Shown here in pieces: positions 48,565 to 48,706 of a stretch of DNA of 48,706 bases. The DNA is taken from assembly GCF_001194135.2 (NCBI RefSeq), contig NC_069006.1:1733953-1782658 (forward strand). Reading direction: 5' to 3'. The notes under the pieces were generated by a model. That model saw only the letters and a program-made list of their open reading frames with translations, did no database searches and was not told where the DNA came from. The translations under genes were made by a program, and so were the position numbers. Source of the stretch: Octopus bimaculoides. Lineage: Eukaryota. The stretch's first letter is position 1, and the number at the start of each line of letters is the position of its first letter.

Positions 48565-48706
48565 GGAAAGATGGATTCATAGATAGATATATAGATGGAT
48601 GGGTACATAGATACACATAAACAGAGAAATATATATATACACACACATACATACACAATCAGATATATACATATATATGGATATATTTATATATATATAT
48701 ATATAT
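48025..48706. repeat. (TAT)n(TAG)n, (CAT)n, (GCA)n with 15-18 bp higher-order unit, (CA)n, (GATA)n, (TA)n
   Basis: Directly visible. Confidence 0.95.

Overview
AT-rich, microsatellite-saturated animal genomic DNA from a gapped draft assembly: 20 N-gaps totalling roughly 7.4 kb (about 15%, hand count), most of them abutting simple repeats. The SINE families and repeat style suggest an octopus/coleoid cephalopod; this is my inference, not a verified match. I found no confidently supportable host protein-coding gene, and most ORFs in the track are microsatellite or N-gap artefacts. The window is probably intergenic or a large intron, filled with transposon debris: three tRNA-headed SINE families (about 25 copies or fragments in total), two other non-coding repeats, four R4/Dong-like (RLE) LINE fragments, three Penelope-like GIY-YIG remnants, Helitron pieces, two Tc1/mariner derivatives, and fossil BEL/Pao and probable hAT coding sequence. 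The most notable signal is a set of minimal type I hammerhead-ribozyme motifs on the minus strand. One is intact (43578-43612) and one is a degenerate copy of the same design (27650-27682) lying upstream of a same-strand Penelope ORF remnant. This points to a Penelope/pseudo-LTR or retrozyme-like self-cleaving RNA system. All protein assignments rest on motif recognition by eye, not on database searches.
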